Notes under the pieces: model-generated
The model's database searches: none
The model's input: only the letters and a program-made list of their open reading frames with translations
What the model was told of the DNA's origin: nothing
Shown here: piece after piece, positions 49,152 through 57,964 of the stretch
Position numbering within the stretch: the stretch's first letter is position 1
Layout: each line of letters opens with the position of its first letter
Virus record (IMG/VR): IMGVR_UViG_3300014208_000024
Span: 224,001 to 288,000 of that record
Length of the DNA: 64,000 bases
Source of the DNA: a virus
Lineage: Duplodnaviria > Caudoviricetes
Strand: one strand, 5' to 3'
Position numbers and translations under genes: made by a program

Positions 49152-49410
49152 ATTTTTTTCCAAAAAGTTTGTCAATGATTCCTGTTTTTTTTGGTTGTCC
49201 AGGTAAAATTTTTTCTTTAACTTTTGCACCACTTAATTTACTAAATGTCGTAGATATTATATCAGAAACAATATCATGAGACAAAACTTTTAACATAATA
49301 GCTTTTTCTTCGTTTGTAGCGTCCTGATTGTTCCAAATGGCAATTTTATTATGAACTCTAATTATTAATTTGTCCATATCTATTTCTACTTCCTTTTTAT
49401 TTTCTTCCAT
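49150..49410 (-). CDS. Hypothetical protein
   Basis: 86 aa ORF. Confidence 0.5.
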   Translation of the reverse strand: MEENKKEVEIDMDKLIIRVHNKIAIWNNQDATNEEKAIMLKVLSHDIVSDIISTTFSKLSGAKVKEKILPGQPKKTGIIDKLFGKK

Positions 49411-49460
49411 ATTGATTTTTTTATTTAAATAGTATATATTTTTGTATTATTACAAATATA

Positions 49461-50366
49461 ATGAATAAAATAGAAAAAACAAATATTATTTTACAATCTA
49501 TTATGGCAAAAATCATATCTTTTGATTGGGAGCAATTAAAAGAAAACGAGATTCACCATCTTCTTAAATTTGTAGATTACGAAAAAATACCAGAAAGAGT
49601 TTTAACAGATATATCTCAAACATTCAATGAAGAAATATATTCAAAAATCATATGGGAAAATATGGATAGAATGAAAATAGTGAGATTGGTAGCAAGAAAT
49701 GAAAAAATATCAAAATACGTTGATCTTTCTAAATATAATTACACGATAAAAGAAATTAAACAAACGCTTAAAATTAGACCAAATTTAATTGATAAATTTA
49801 AAATTGACTTCGAAAATTTAAATCTTGACGATGCTTTTTCTTTTTTAACAATTGGAATCGAAGATTTATTAGAAAAAATAGATGTTACAAAATATTTTTT
49901 TTCTCCCAAAGAAACGTATGAAATAATAGAATCTAATGGCTTTTCAGAAAAAACAATTACTACTTTAAATACAAAAGATTTGATGGATTACCATATATGT
50001 GATATAATTATTAACACTGGGGATTTATATTTTTACATATTGGATTTAAAAAAACTCACAGCGAGGAAATGGTTGAAAATATTAATAGAAAGACCAAATC
50101 TTTTATATTATTGTGATCTGGAAAAATTTAAAAAAAGTGATATATATAACAGCGTTGAACTTGTCTGTTTATTTCCAAATGAAGATTTAGATTATCTAAT
50201 TAAAGAACGAGATTTTAGAAGCGAACTATCAGCGCTTGGATGGGAAAAATTAATAATAAACAAACCAAGTGAATATGTAGATTTGTGCTGTTATTGGAAA
50301 TTTAACGAAACCAATTGGAAAAATATAATAAGATATCATCCAAATTTAGCAATTTATAAACTTTAA
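49461..50366 (+). CDS. Helical-repeat protein
   Basis: Approximately 22-24 aa repeats ending (R/H/K)PNL / KPSE, with W..L(L/I) motifs. Confidence 0.55.
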   Translation: MNKIEKTNIILQSIMAKIISFDWEQLKENEIHHLLKFVDYEKIPERVLTDISQTFNEEIYSKIIWENMDRMKIVRLVARNEKISKYVDLSKYNYTIKEIKQTLKIRPNLIDKFKIDFENLNLDDAFSFLTIGIEDLLEKIDVTKYFFSPKETYEIIESNGFSEKTITTLNTKDLMDYHICDIIINTGDLYFYILDLKKLTARKWLKILIERPNLLYYCDLEKFKKSDIYNSVELVCLFPNEDLDYLIKERDFRSELSALGWEKLIINKPSEYVDLCCYWKFNETNWKNIIRYHPNLAIYKL

Positions 50367-50368
50367 GT

Positions 50369-50632
50369 TTATAATTGTTTTCCAAGAGTTTTTTTAACGC
50401 TATTTAATGACGATATAAGCTCATCTATTTTTTTAATAGTGCCCTCTTTATCGGGATTTTCTTTTGTAGATTCAAATTCATTCTTTAAATCAACGAGTTT
50501 AACATATGCGTCCCTTTTAATTTCTTCAAACCCCTTTTTTTGTTTTAAGGTGTCAATGTCTTTTAACGAATCAGAGTTTAAAAGCATTTCTCTAATCTGT
50601 TTTCTTAGTTTTTTTATTTCGTCCAATTCCAT
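50369..50632 (-). CDS. Small late protein
   Basis: TATTTATA (-) at 50651; leader IKKLRKQIREMLL. Confidence 0.5.
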   Translation of the reverse strand: MELDEIKKLRKQIREMLLNSDSLKDIDTLKQKKGFEEIKRDAYVKLVDLKNEFESTKENPDKEGTIKKIDELISSLNSVKKTLGKQL

Positions 50633-50745
50633 ATAAATTGTTTTCTTTTATATAAATATCATTAAAAACTATTTTTTTTAAAAATTGTTTTTTTTATATT
50701 TTACAAAAGACTAAAAAATAAATAATATTTATTAGAATAAAACAA

Positions 50746-51852
50746 ATGGTAATGAACTATATAAACTTAGATTTTTGTATAATTGAAAACCCTTTAGATA
50801 AAAACAAGAAACCTATTATTTTTGTAACAAGAAAGGGAAGGCAATATTTAGATGAAACAGTAATTAATGAAGATGATTACGAAAAAGCTATTTTTGCAAT
50901 TCAAAACATAGGTTATGTAGAATCTGATATATTAACTTTTGAATCATCTCAAGATCCAGAGTTTCCAAATATTCAAGTTGGTGATATTAAAAAAATATTA
51001 GAAGAAAAAGGAATGAAATATAGCCAAGAGCTGGAAGAAACAATGAAAAGTGAATTTGAGTTGTTTAATTTAAATGGAGCTAAACAACTTATAGAAAATT
51101 TGGCAAATGAAGTGGATTATAAAAAAAGAGAACATTCTTTGTCTCCTGAGTTTTTTTTTACTTTACAAAAAAACAGTATTTATAAAATTCCAGAAATTGG
51201 AGAAAAACTTACTTTATATTTTTACTTGTTTATAGAATGTAAATTCTCTGGAGAAAAGTGTTTTTTAAACTTAAATGGAGATTTTGTTTCTAGGACAAAT
51301 CATGCATTAAGAAATTTTCTTATGCCATTCGAATGTGATTTTATAAGAATTAACAACATTTACAACCCAAACAAAATAATTCTAAAAAGCTGTTTAACAA
51401 ACCAAGATATTTTAAAAAAAATACCAATGGATTATAGTGGATCTTTTAATTTAAAAATAAAAGAAAAAAATATATTGTTTGATAAATTATTTGTTTACTA
51501 TATAATGGAAGTAAAAAACAATTTTCCATTAGAAAACAGAATAACAATAGAAATAGACAGTGTTGTTAATTTTGACCAAATGATTAAAATGTCAAAAAAT
51601 ATAAAAAAAGACTTCAAAGCAATGCTAAATTCAAAAGTTTCAATTACAAATCTGGAAGAAACACTTGAAAAAGTAAAAAACATTTTGACACCAAAAATGC
51701 TTTCGTTTGCACAAGATGATGAATTTGAAAAGGCTGCAAAAATTAAAAAAGATATTGTATACATAGATAGTAGATTAGAAAAAATAAAAGAAAATTTTAA
51801 AACTGAAAACATATCTTATTATCAATATATTAAAAACTTTCATATAAATTAA
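50746..51852 (+). CDS. Hypothetical protein with C-terminal UVR (UvrB/C) motif
   Basis: MLSFAQDDEFEKAAKIKKDI matches the A...EdFE.AA..RD.I pattern. Confidence 0.55.
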   Translation: MVMNYINLDFCIIENPLDKNKKPIIFVTRKGRQYLDETVINEDDYEKAIFAIQNIGYVESDILTFESSQDPEFPNIQVGDIKKILEEKGMKYSQELEETMKSEFELFNLNGAKQLIENLANEVDYKKREHSLSPEFFFTLQKNSIYKIPEIGEKLTLYFYLFIECKFSGEKCFLNLNGDFVSRTNHALRNFLMPFECDFIRINNIYNPNKIILKSCLTNQDILKKIPMDYSGSFNLKIKEKNILFDKLFVYYIMEVKNNFPLENRITIEIDSVVNFDQMIKMSKNIKKDFKAMLNSKVSITNLEETLEKVKNILTPKMLSFAQDDEFEKAAKIKKDIVYIDSRLEKIKENFKTENISYYQYIKNFHIN

Positions 51853-51903
51853 TTTGAATATCTAATATTTTTTTATTATATTTGCTTTTTAAAACTTAAA
51901 ACA

Positions 51904-52347
51904 ATGAACATAAGAATTGTAAACAAATCAAAAAACGCATTACCAAATTATGAAACTTCTCTCTCTGCAGGTATGGATTTGAAAGCAAATTTCGAAAATC
52001 AAGGAGAGTTCGCAACAATCAAACCATTTCAAAGACAATTGATTAAAACGGGTTTATTCATTGAGATTCCAGAAGGTTATGAGGCTCAAATACGTCCAAG
52101 ATCTGGTTTGGCATTAAAAAGTGGAATAACAGTTCTTAATTCACCAGGGACTATTGATGCTGATTTTAGAGGTGAGATAGGAGTTATTTTAATTAATCTT
52201 TCAGATAAAGATTTTGAAATTAAACAAGGAGATAGAATAGCACAAATGGTAATTTGTAAACACGAAAAAGCAGAACTTGAAAATGTTTTGTTAATCAGTG
52301 AAACAAAGCGTGGAGCAGGTGGATTTGGGCATACTGGTAATAAATAA
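51904..52347 (+). CDS. dut: dUTPase (trimeric)
   Basis: All five motifs: [34 protein letters not shown]. Confidence 0.97.
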   Translation: MNIRIVNKSKNALPNYETSLSAGMDLKANFENQGEFATIKPFQRQLIKTGLFIEIPEGYEAQIRPRSGLALKSGITVLNSPGTIDADFRGEIGVILINLSDKDFEIKQGDRIAQMVICKHEKAELENVLLISETKRGAGGFGHTGNK

Positions 52348-52351
52348 AAAT

Positions 52352-53551
52352 ATGAAACAATACGTTGATTTAATTACAACTATCCTTAAAGAAGGAAGAA
52401 TAAAAACTGATCGCACTGGAACTGGAACTATTTCTACATTTGGACATCAGTCTGTATTTTACATGAAAGACGGATTTCCTCTTTTGACAATGAAAAAAAC
52501 ATATCCCAGAGGAGTTTTTGAAGAGCTTCTATGGTTTCTTAAAGGAGATACAAACATTCGATATCTGAATCAAAAAAAGGTTCACATTTGGGATGAGTGG
52601 GCCTATGCCAAATATAAAAAATACGCAGAATCACTAAGTGAACCAAATTTCGAAATTCACATTGATGATCCAAAAAATAATTGTACAAGGATAATGACAC
52701 TAGAAGAATTTGTAAATGTTATCGTTGATAATGAAGATTTTGCTAAACGTTGGGGAGGGCTGGGTCCTGTTTACGGAAAACAATGGGTTGATTGGGGCGG
52801 ACACCCAGTAAAACGTGAGGAAATATGGAGCGAAGATGATCAGAAGTGGATTAGTTATGAAGTAAGAAAAAAAGGAATAAACCAAATTGAAAATATCATT
52901 GATCGTCTCAAAAGCGTTCCAGACTGCAGAAGACTTATTGTTAGCGCTTGGAATGTTGAAGATCTTGGTGAAATGGCACTTACTCCTTGTCATACAATGT
53001 TTCAGTTTATTACTGAACCTCTAAATTTTAAAGAAAGAGTGGAACTTTTAGAAGAACAAATGGGGGAAGATAAAAGATTTTTAGAGGGTTTGGATACAAA
53101 TGGAGTTAATGGGTGTTTTGCAAAATACAAAACTCCATCATTTAGACTTTCTTTACAGCTCTTTCAAAGAAGTGCAGATACTTTTCTTGGTGTTCCTTTT
53201 AATATTGCTTCTTATGCTCTCTTATTACATATGGTCTCACAAGTAGTAAATATGATTCCTTATAAATTTGTTCATTCTTTTGGAGATGCTCATCTTTATT
53301 TAAATCACAAAGAACAAATTAATGAATTCATACACAGAACACATGAAGCAAAAATAGAAAAAGTTGATTATTGGAAAGAAATCACAAATGGGATACAGCC
53401 TGGGAAAATAACAGGAACTTATTTTGGCCCAAAACTTCCAACTATAAAACTAAACTCAAAAATAAAAGATATTTTTGAATTTACAATAGACGACATCGAA
53501 CTAATAGATTACAATCCGCTTTCAGCAATAAAAGCTCCAATAGCAGTGTAA
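52352..53551 (+). CDS. thyA: Thymidylate synthase
   Basis: DRTGTGT, ELLWFLKG, LGPVYGKQW, PCH nucleophile, QRSADTFLGVPFN (dUMP-specifying Asn), GDAHLYLNH; start ATG 52352. Confidence 0.96.
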   Translation: MKQYVDLITTILKEGRIKTDRTGTGTISTFGHQSVFYMKDGFPLLTMKKTYPRGVFEELLWFLKGDTNIRYLNQKKVHIWDEWAYAKYKKYAESLSEPNFEIHIDDPKNNCTRIMTLEEFVNVIVDNEDFAKRWGGLGPVYGKQWVDWGGHPVKREEIWSEDDQKWISYEVRKKGINQIENIIDRLKSVPDCRRLIVSAWNVEDLGEMALTPCHTMFQFITEPLNFKERVELLEEQMGEDKRFLEGLDTNGVNGCFAKYKTPSFRLSLQLFQRSADTFLGVPFNIASYALLLHMVSQVVNMIPYKFVHSFGDAHLYLNHKEQINEFIHRTHEAKIEKVDYWKEITNGIQPGKITGTYFGPKLPTIKLNSKIKDIFEFTIDDIELIDYNPLSAIKAPIAV

Positions 53552-53552
53552 T

Positions 53553-53939
53553 ATGAGTAAAAAAAGATACTTCAACACAAAAGAAGCTGCAGAAAGACAT
53601 TTAGAGTTTCGTAGAAAAGCAGCTTACAAAAGAATTGAGAAAAAAGGATGGAAAGTAGTAGGAGATAATTCATTCGTACATCAAAATGAATTATGTTACT
53701 GTGAAAATTTACCTCATACTCATCACAATAAAGGAAAGTGGTTTGTTTTTCTTGGAATTATAACTGATGAGTTAATAAATGATCTAAATAACTTCCGTCC
53801 AATAGATGCAATAACAGAATTAGAAATGTTAATGAAAGAGTTCGATGAAAACAAAGAAATGCTAAGAGAAATTACAAAAAGTACTATATACAATTTTGAT
53901 AAAGTAAATCTTCCAAAAGTATCAAGATATTTTTCATAA
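53553..53939 (+). CDS. Hypothetical protein
   Basis: 128 aa ORF after thyA. Confidence 0.5.
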   Translation: MSKKRYFNTKEAAERHLEFRRKAAYKRIEKKGWKVVGDNSFVHQNELCYCENLPHTHHNKGKWFVFLGIITDELINDLNNFRPIDAITELEMLMKEFDENKEMLREITKSTIYNFDKVNLPKVSRYFS

Positions 53940-53940
53940 T

Positions 53941-53969
53941 AAAAAAGCCAGAAAAATTCTGGCTTTTTT
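53941..53969. terminator. Bidirectional intrinsic terminator
   Basis: A6-GCCAGAA..TTCTGGC-T6. Confidence 0.85.
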
Positions 53970-54357
53970 ATTGATTTAAACCTGGCGGCTTATTGTCAAC
54001 AGAATTTCTGATTGATGTTTCTGTATTTCTATTGTTGCCAGTTCTGTCTAAAATAACTTTTATATCACCCTTTATATCTCCTATTTCCTTAATAAATTCT
54101 TCATCCTTCTTTTGGAACGTTCCTAGTTTTTCATCAAGCTTTGTTTCAACAGTTTTTATAAAATCACTTTTATCTTTTTCTATTTGTTCTTTATATGTTT
54201 TTACATCATCTTTAACATCAATATAGGCAATTGTAAATGCGGTAGAAAATAAAAATATAACACCTCCAATTAACCAAAGTGCAATTTTTACAGATAAAGT
54301 AATTTTTGTGTTTTCTCCTATTACCTTTTCTCCAACTTGTACCTCCTTATCAGCCAT
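53968..54357 (-). CDS. Single-TM + coiled-coil late membrane protein (holin/antiholin-like candidate)
   Basis: IALWLIGGVIFLFSTAFTIAYI followed by heptads; two tandem TATTTATA (-) at 54374 and 54396. Confidence 0.45.
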   Translation of the reverse strand: MADKEVQVGEKVIGENTKITLSVKIALWLIGGVIFLFSTAFTIAYIDVKDDVKTYKEQIEKDKSDFIKTVETKLDEKLGTFQKKDEEFIKEIGDIKGDIKVILDRTGNNRNTETSIRNSVDNKPPGLNQ

Positions 54358-54412
54358 TCCAAATATGTTTTTTTATAAATATTAAAAACTTTTTTTATAA
54401 ATATGGAAAAAA

Positions 54413-54903
54413 TTAATAAACAATAGAAGATTGCCAAGTAATATTTACTATATCATCTGTAGAATTTGAATAAAAAACAGCACCTAAGTTTACGCCATCA
54501 AAGTAGTCAGTTTTTTGATTAATTAAAAAATAATCTAAATAAAGAACTGTTTTTTTTACACCAGAAGAATTTGTAATACATACGTTAATTCCAGTTAGAT
54601 ATGTTCCTGAAAGATATCCATTATAGTTGTAGCTATTGCTAAAGAAAAAAATATAATAAGCATATACTCCATTTGTCGAAAGTGTTGCTCTCATTATTTT
54701 TGTATAATGAGATGCACATCCATAACAAACATTTCCAGTCAACCCCACTCATAAACAAAACCAGTTCTATCTACTAAGGTTTGATAATAATTTATACAAT
54801 TGTTTTCTACAATTTTTTTATAACTTTTCTGTTTAAAATTTTGTGCAATACTTACAAATCCAAGTAAAACCAAAAGTATTAATATTAAAAATTTTTTTAT
54901 CAT
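54413..54903 (-). pseudogene. Secreted protein gene interrupted by a -1 frameshift (or sequence error) at a G4 run
   Basis: Signal peptide MIKKFLILILLVLLGFVSIAQ...YEWG then TGA; adding one G to TGGGGT (54743-54746 region) fuses it to LTGNVCYGC...; span is 491 nt = 3n-1. Confidence 0.55.
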
Positions 54904-54907
54904 TTTT

Positions 54908-56653
54908 TTACAAATCATATATTTCATCAAACCCAAAATTCATAGCAAAATCTTTAATTAATATCCCTGCTTTTGCATTTGCCTCATCTTCTATCCATCC
55001 TCCAATGGTTTGTACTATTTCTCCATCTCCAAAACTTTTAATTTCTCTTTGTCTGTTATGCGTTAATTCGTGAGCTATACTTCTTAATATATCAACAATT
55101 GCTCTTCCAGTACATCTTATATGGTTTGAGTTTTCATCGGGAACATAAGAGGCTGTAGTGGCTATATATTCATCTCTCCCTTTGTGAAGATATATTTCAA
55201 CTGGCTCCTCTAACTCTAATCTATTACATACAAAATTAATAAAGTTCCTTATAATTTCAACTTTTTCTGGAGTCATTCCTTCAATTCCTTTTTCTACTCC
55301 CAGTGTGTTTTCTTTTTTTCCAATGCTAAAGTTATATTTTTCTTTTGGGGGATATGAATAAGAAAAATTATCGCTTAAGAATTTAATCGACTTTTTCAAC
55401 TTCTTTGAATATTTTTCTCCCGTTCCTGGTTTTAAATATGCTATAGTCATATGAGGGTGATAATCTGGATGATCGTTTTTATATTCAAAATTATCTCTCA
55501 AACTTTTGTTTAAATCATGTAAATCATCAGAATCAATATCAAACTTTAAAACATCGAAATCTTTGTTTTTAAACAAAGAAATTTCACTTAATTCAATTTC
55601 AATTTTTTTCTTTCCACTTAATGTTTTTCTTACAATTTTTTCAACATCACTGGGTTTAGTTTTTTCATGTATAAAACCAAATAGTGCAGTTGTATGAGGT
55701 TTGTCTTCTATTCCATAACCTGGAACATCATAAATGTCTTCTTTTTTTATTAAGTCGGTTATTTGTTTCCAATTCTTTATTGGGAAATCTAACATTAAAC
55801 ACCCATATTCTTTTTTAAATCCCCCTTTACCTTCTTTGAGTATAGATTTTTTTGGTTTATGTGATTCAAATAAATCTTTTTCCATTAAAGACAAAGAGGT
55901 GTCAAAAGATTTTGTTTTTATATCTGAAAGTTTATCTAAATAACCAGACTTTCTGATTATTTTAAAAACAAGATTTTCTATTGAATATTCTCCACCTTTT
56001 TCAAGGCCAGAATTTCTTAGTTTTTTTATTTTATCTTTTATTTTATCAGCCTTTTCAATAATCTTTTCATCGTTTTCTAAGTTTTGAAGACTGTCTATAT
56101 CATTCATAATAGTAGCAGCTTTTTCTTTTATAGAAACTCCATCTACTTCTTTTGTATATTTCTCTGGCTTTTGAATCCATGAGTCTTTAAGAACACTATA
56201 AACGCCCTTATTTGAAAACAAATTTTCTTCATCTTTAGCAAACAATTCAACTTCAAATCCTTTTATTTTTATATCATGTTCATCATTCCATAAAGATTTC
56301 TTTGCAGCTATATATTCTTGTAGAAACTCTTCTGGTTCCTCTAAAGAAGGTAAGTCTAAAATTAAATGAATGTCTATATCACTCATTAATGTCCAATTAT
56401 AATTAGCTAAACTTCCAGTGAAAATTACATCTTTTAAACGAACTCCTAATTTTAAATATTCCTTAAATGCTTTTGCTATTTTTAACATAGCAACCCTTAC
56501 TTCTTTTTTTAATTTATAATTTTCCCAAATTTGACTATTTAACTCATCTTTAGGCTCACTCACTTGAACATCTATATCGTTTGGAGAAATATCTTCGTTA
56601 AAAAAATTAAAACTTCTTTTTATAATATAAGGATTCCCTTTATTTGTTTCCAT
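54908..56653 (-). CDS. Three-domain protein: Pol-beta-type nucleotidyltransferase + 2H phosphoesterase (Acb1/LigT-like) + HExxH zincin-like domain
   Basis: FTGSLANYNW..SDIDIH and VELF (NTase); KPHTTALF and DYHPHMTIAY (two HxT motifs); SIAHELTH...EDEANAKAG; TATTTATA (-) at 56670. Confidence 0.85.
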   Translation of the reverse strand: METNKGNPYIIKRSFNFFNEDISPNDIDVQVSEPKDELNSQIWENYKLKKEVRVAMLKIAKAFKEYLKLGVRLKDVIFTGSLANYNWTLMSDIDIHLILDLPSLEEPEEFLQEYIAAKKSLWNDEHDIKIKGFEVELFAKDEENLFSNKGVYSVLKDSWIQKPEKYTKEVDGVSIKEKAATIMNDIDSLQNLENDEKIIEKADKIKDKIKKLRNSGLEKGGEYSIENLVFKIIRKSGYLDKLSDIKTKSFDTSLSLMEKDLFESHKPKKSILKEGKGGFKKEYGCLMLDFPIKNWKQITDLIKKEDIYDVPGYGIEDKPHTTALFGFIHEKTKPSDVEKIVRKTLSGKKKIEIELSEISLFKNKDFDVLKFDIDSDDLHDLNKSLRDNFEYKNDHPDYHPHMTIAYLKPGTGEKYSKKLKKSIKFLSDNFSYSYPPKEKYNFSIGKKENTLGVEKGIEGMTPEKVEIIRNFINFVCNRLELEEPVEIYLHKGRDEYIATTASYVPDENSNHIRCTGRAIVDILRSIAHELTHNRQREIKSFGDGEIVQTIGGWIEDEANAKAGILIKDFAMNFGFDEIYDL

Positions 56654-56722
56654 CAAATAACTATTTTTTTATAAATAGTTTTATTTTATGATTTTTTAAT
56701 TATTTATTGGAAATTTAACAAT

Positions 56723-57308
56723 ATGAATGAAAATTTAAAGGATTTATTAAGTTTTGGAAATAGTAAGGTTGGAAATGATACTGCTATTTTTAATATGAAC
56801 GCAGCATTTGATTGTCCATCAGAAAAAATCGGACTTTGTAAACATGCAAAAAACTGTTATGCGAAAAAAGCGGAAAGAATTTATCCACAATCTTTGCCAT
56901 ACAGAAGGAGACAAGAGAATTATTGGGATTTAACAGATGTGAAAACTTTTGTTGAAGAGTTTAAAGAAGCAATAAAAAAACAAAAAGAAAAACCCAATAA
57001 AATATTTACGTATTAGTGAAAGTGGAGATTTTAAATCTCAATCTGATGTAGATAAGTTAAGTTTAATTTCAGAACAACTTAAAGGATTCGTTGTAGTTTA
57101 TGTATATACAGCAAGAAAAGATTTAGATTTTAATAAAATATCAGACAACTTAGTTGTAAATGGATCTGGTTTTATGGTTTCTAACAACTTTTATATTATA
57201 GATAAAGTTGGTGATGAAATAGATAAATTTGTTTGCCCTGGTGCATGTATTAGTTGTAATCTTTGTAAGAGAGCAAAAGGAAGAAATATAGCAGTGTTAA
57301 AACATTAA
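56723..57308 (+). pseudogene. Gp88-like Fe-S/radical-SAM-like protein split by a +1 frameshift (programmed, mutated or error)
   Basis: Frame 0 has GNSK...CPSEKIGLCKHAKNCYAK and stops at 57016; the +1 frame from AAA-CCC-A (56990-56996) continues PIKYLRISESGDF...YTAR...CPGACISCNLC...KH to TAA 57306-57308; span is 586 nt = 3n+1. Confidence 0.7.
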
Positions 57309-57311
57309 TAA

Positions 57312-57388
57312 AAGTTTTGGCGAAATATAAAACTCTATATCCAGCCAAAAGGTGGATAAAAATTTAAGTTTTGGCTGAATATAGAAAC
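57312..57388. repeat. Three copies (direct, inverted, direct) of a ~16-22 bp unit TTTTGGC(T)G(A/G)ATATA
   Basis: aagttttggcgaaatataaaac 57312-57333; ctatatccagccaaaa 57335-57350; aagttttggctgaatatagaaac 57366-57388. Confidence 0.8.
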
Positions 57389-57415
57389 AAAAAAGCCCCA
57401 GAATTTGGGGCTTTT
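57389..57415. terminator. Bidirectional intrinsic terminator
   Basis: A6-GCCCCA GAATT TGGGGC-T4; nearly identical to the terminator at 6018-6045. Confidence 0.85.
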
Positions 57416-57426
57416 CTTATTGTAAT

Positions 57427-57864
57427 CTATCTTGACTCATCCTTTGGAATCTCATAATTGTATAAGTTTTTCCACCTATTAGATTGATCTTCATCTACTA
57501 TTTTTTTATCTTCAGCTATAATATCAAATAGTTCTGGGCTAATTAATGGATTTCTTAAATCAATTTTTTTGTTAATTTTTTTCATTTCCTCAGCTAAAAT
57601 TTTAATTTTATCAGGAGATAAAATTCCTTCTTTTATTACTGCATCTTCATCAATAGAAACAGATTTTGGAATTTTAGGTTCTTTAGGCTCTTTTGGTTCT
57701 TTTGGTAATTTGTTTACGTTTTTTTTCGTAAAGCTAGGCTTTGTTAATTTTGGTGGCTCAGGTTGTTTAAGGATTTTTTTTTCTTCCTCTTGTACCTCTA
57801 CACCTTCAAAAATATATTTTTGAGCTTTCTTTATTACAAATTCTCTAAATTCTTGTTGGTCCAT
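57427..57864 (-). CDS. Late protein with PKE/PKI repeats, putative internal head protein
   Basis: TATTTATA (-) at 57887; KYIFEG, PKEPKEPKEPKIPK, VIKEG; ends RWKNLYNY. Confidence 0.5.
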   Translation of the reverse strand: MDQQEFREFVIKKAQKYIFEGVEVQEEEKKILKQPEPPKLTKPSFTKKNVNKLPKEPKEPKEPKIPKSVSIDEDAVIKEGILSPDKIKILAEEMKKINKKIDLRNPLISPELFDIIAEDKKIVDEDQSNRWKNLYNYEIPKDESR

Positions 57865-57964
57865 AACCTATTTTATTTGGTTTTCATATAAATATAATAA
57901 AAAAATCAAATATCTATTTTTGTTTTTAAAAAATATTGTATATATTTGTAAAAAAACTAAAAAA

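Noticed and set aside
52352-53551. Base-modifying hydroxymethylase rather than ThyA
   Set aside because: It retains the dUMP-specifying Asn in GVPFN and standard ThyA motifs; no modification cluster lies nearby.
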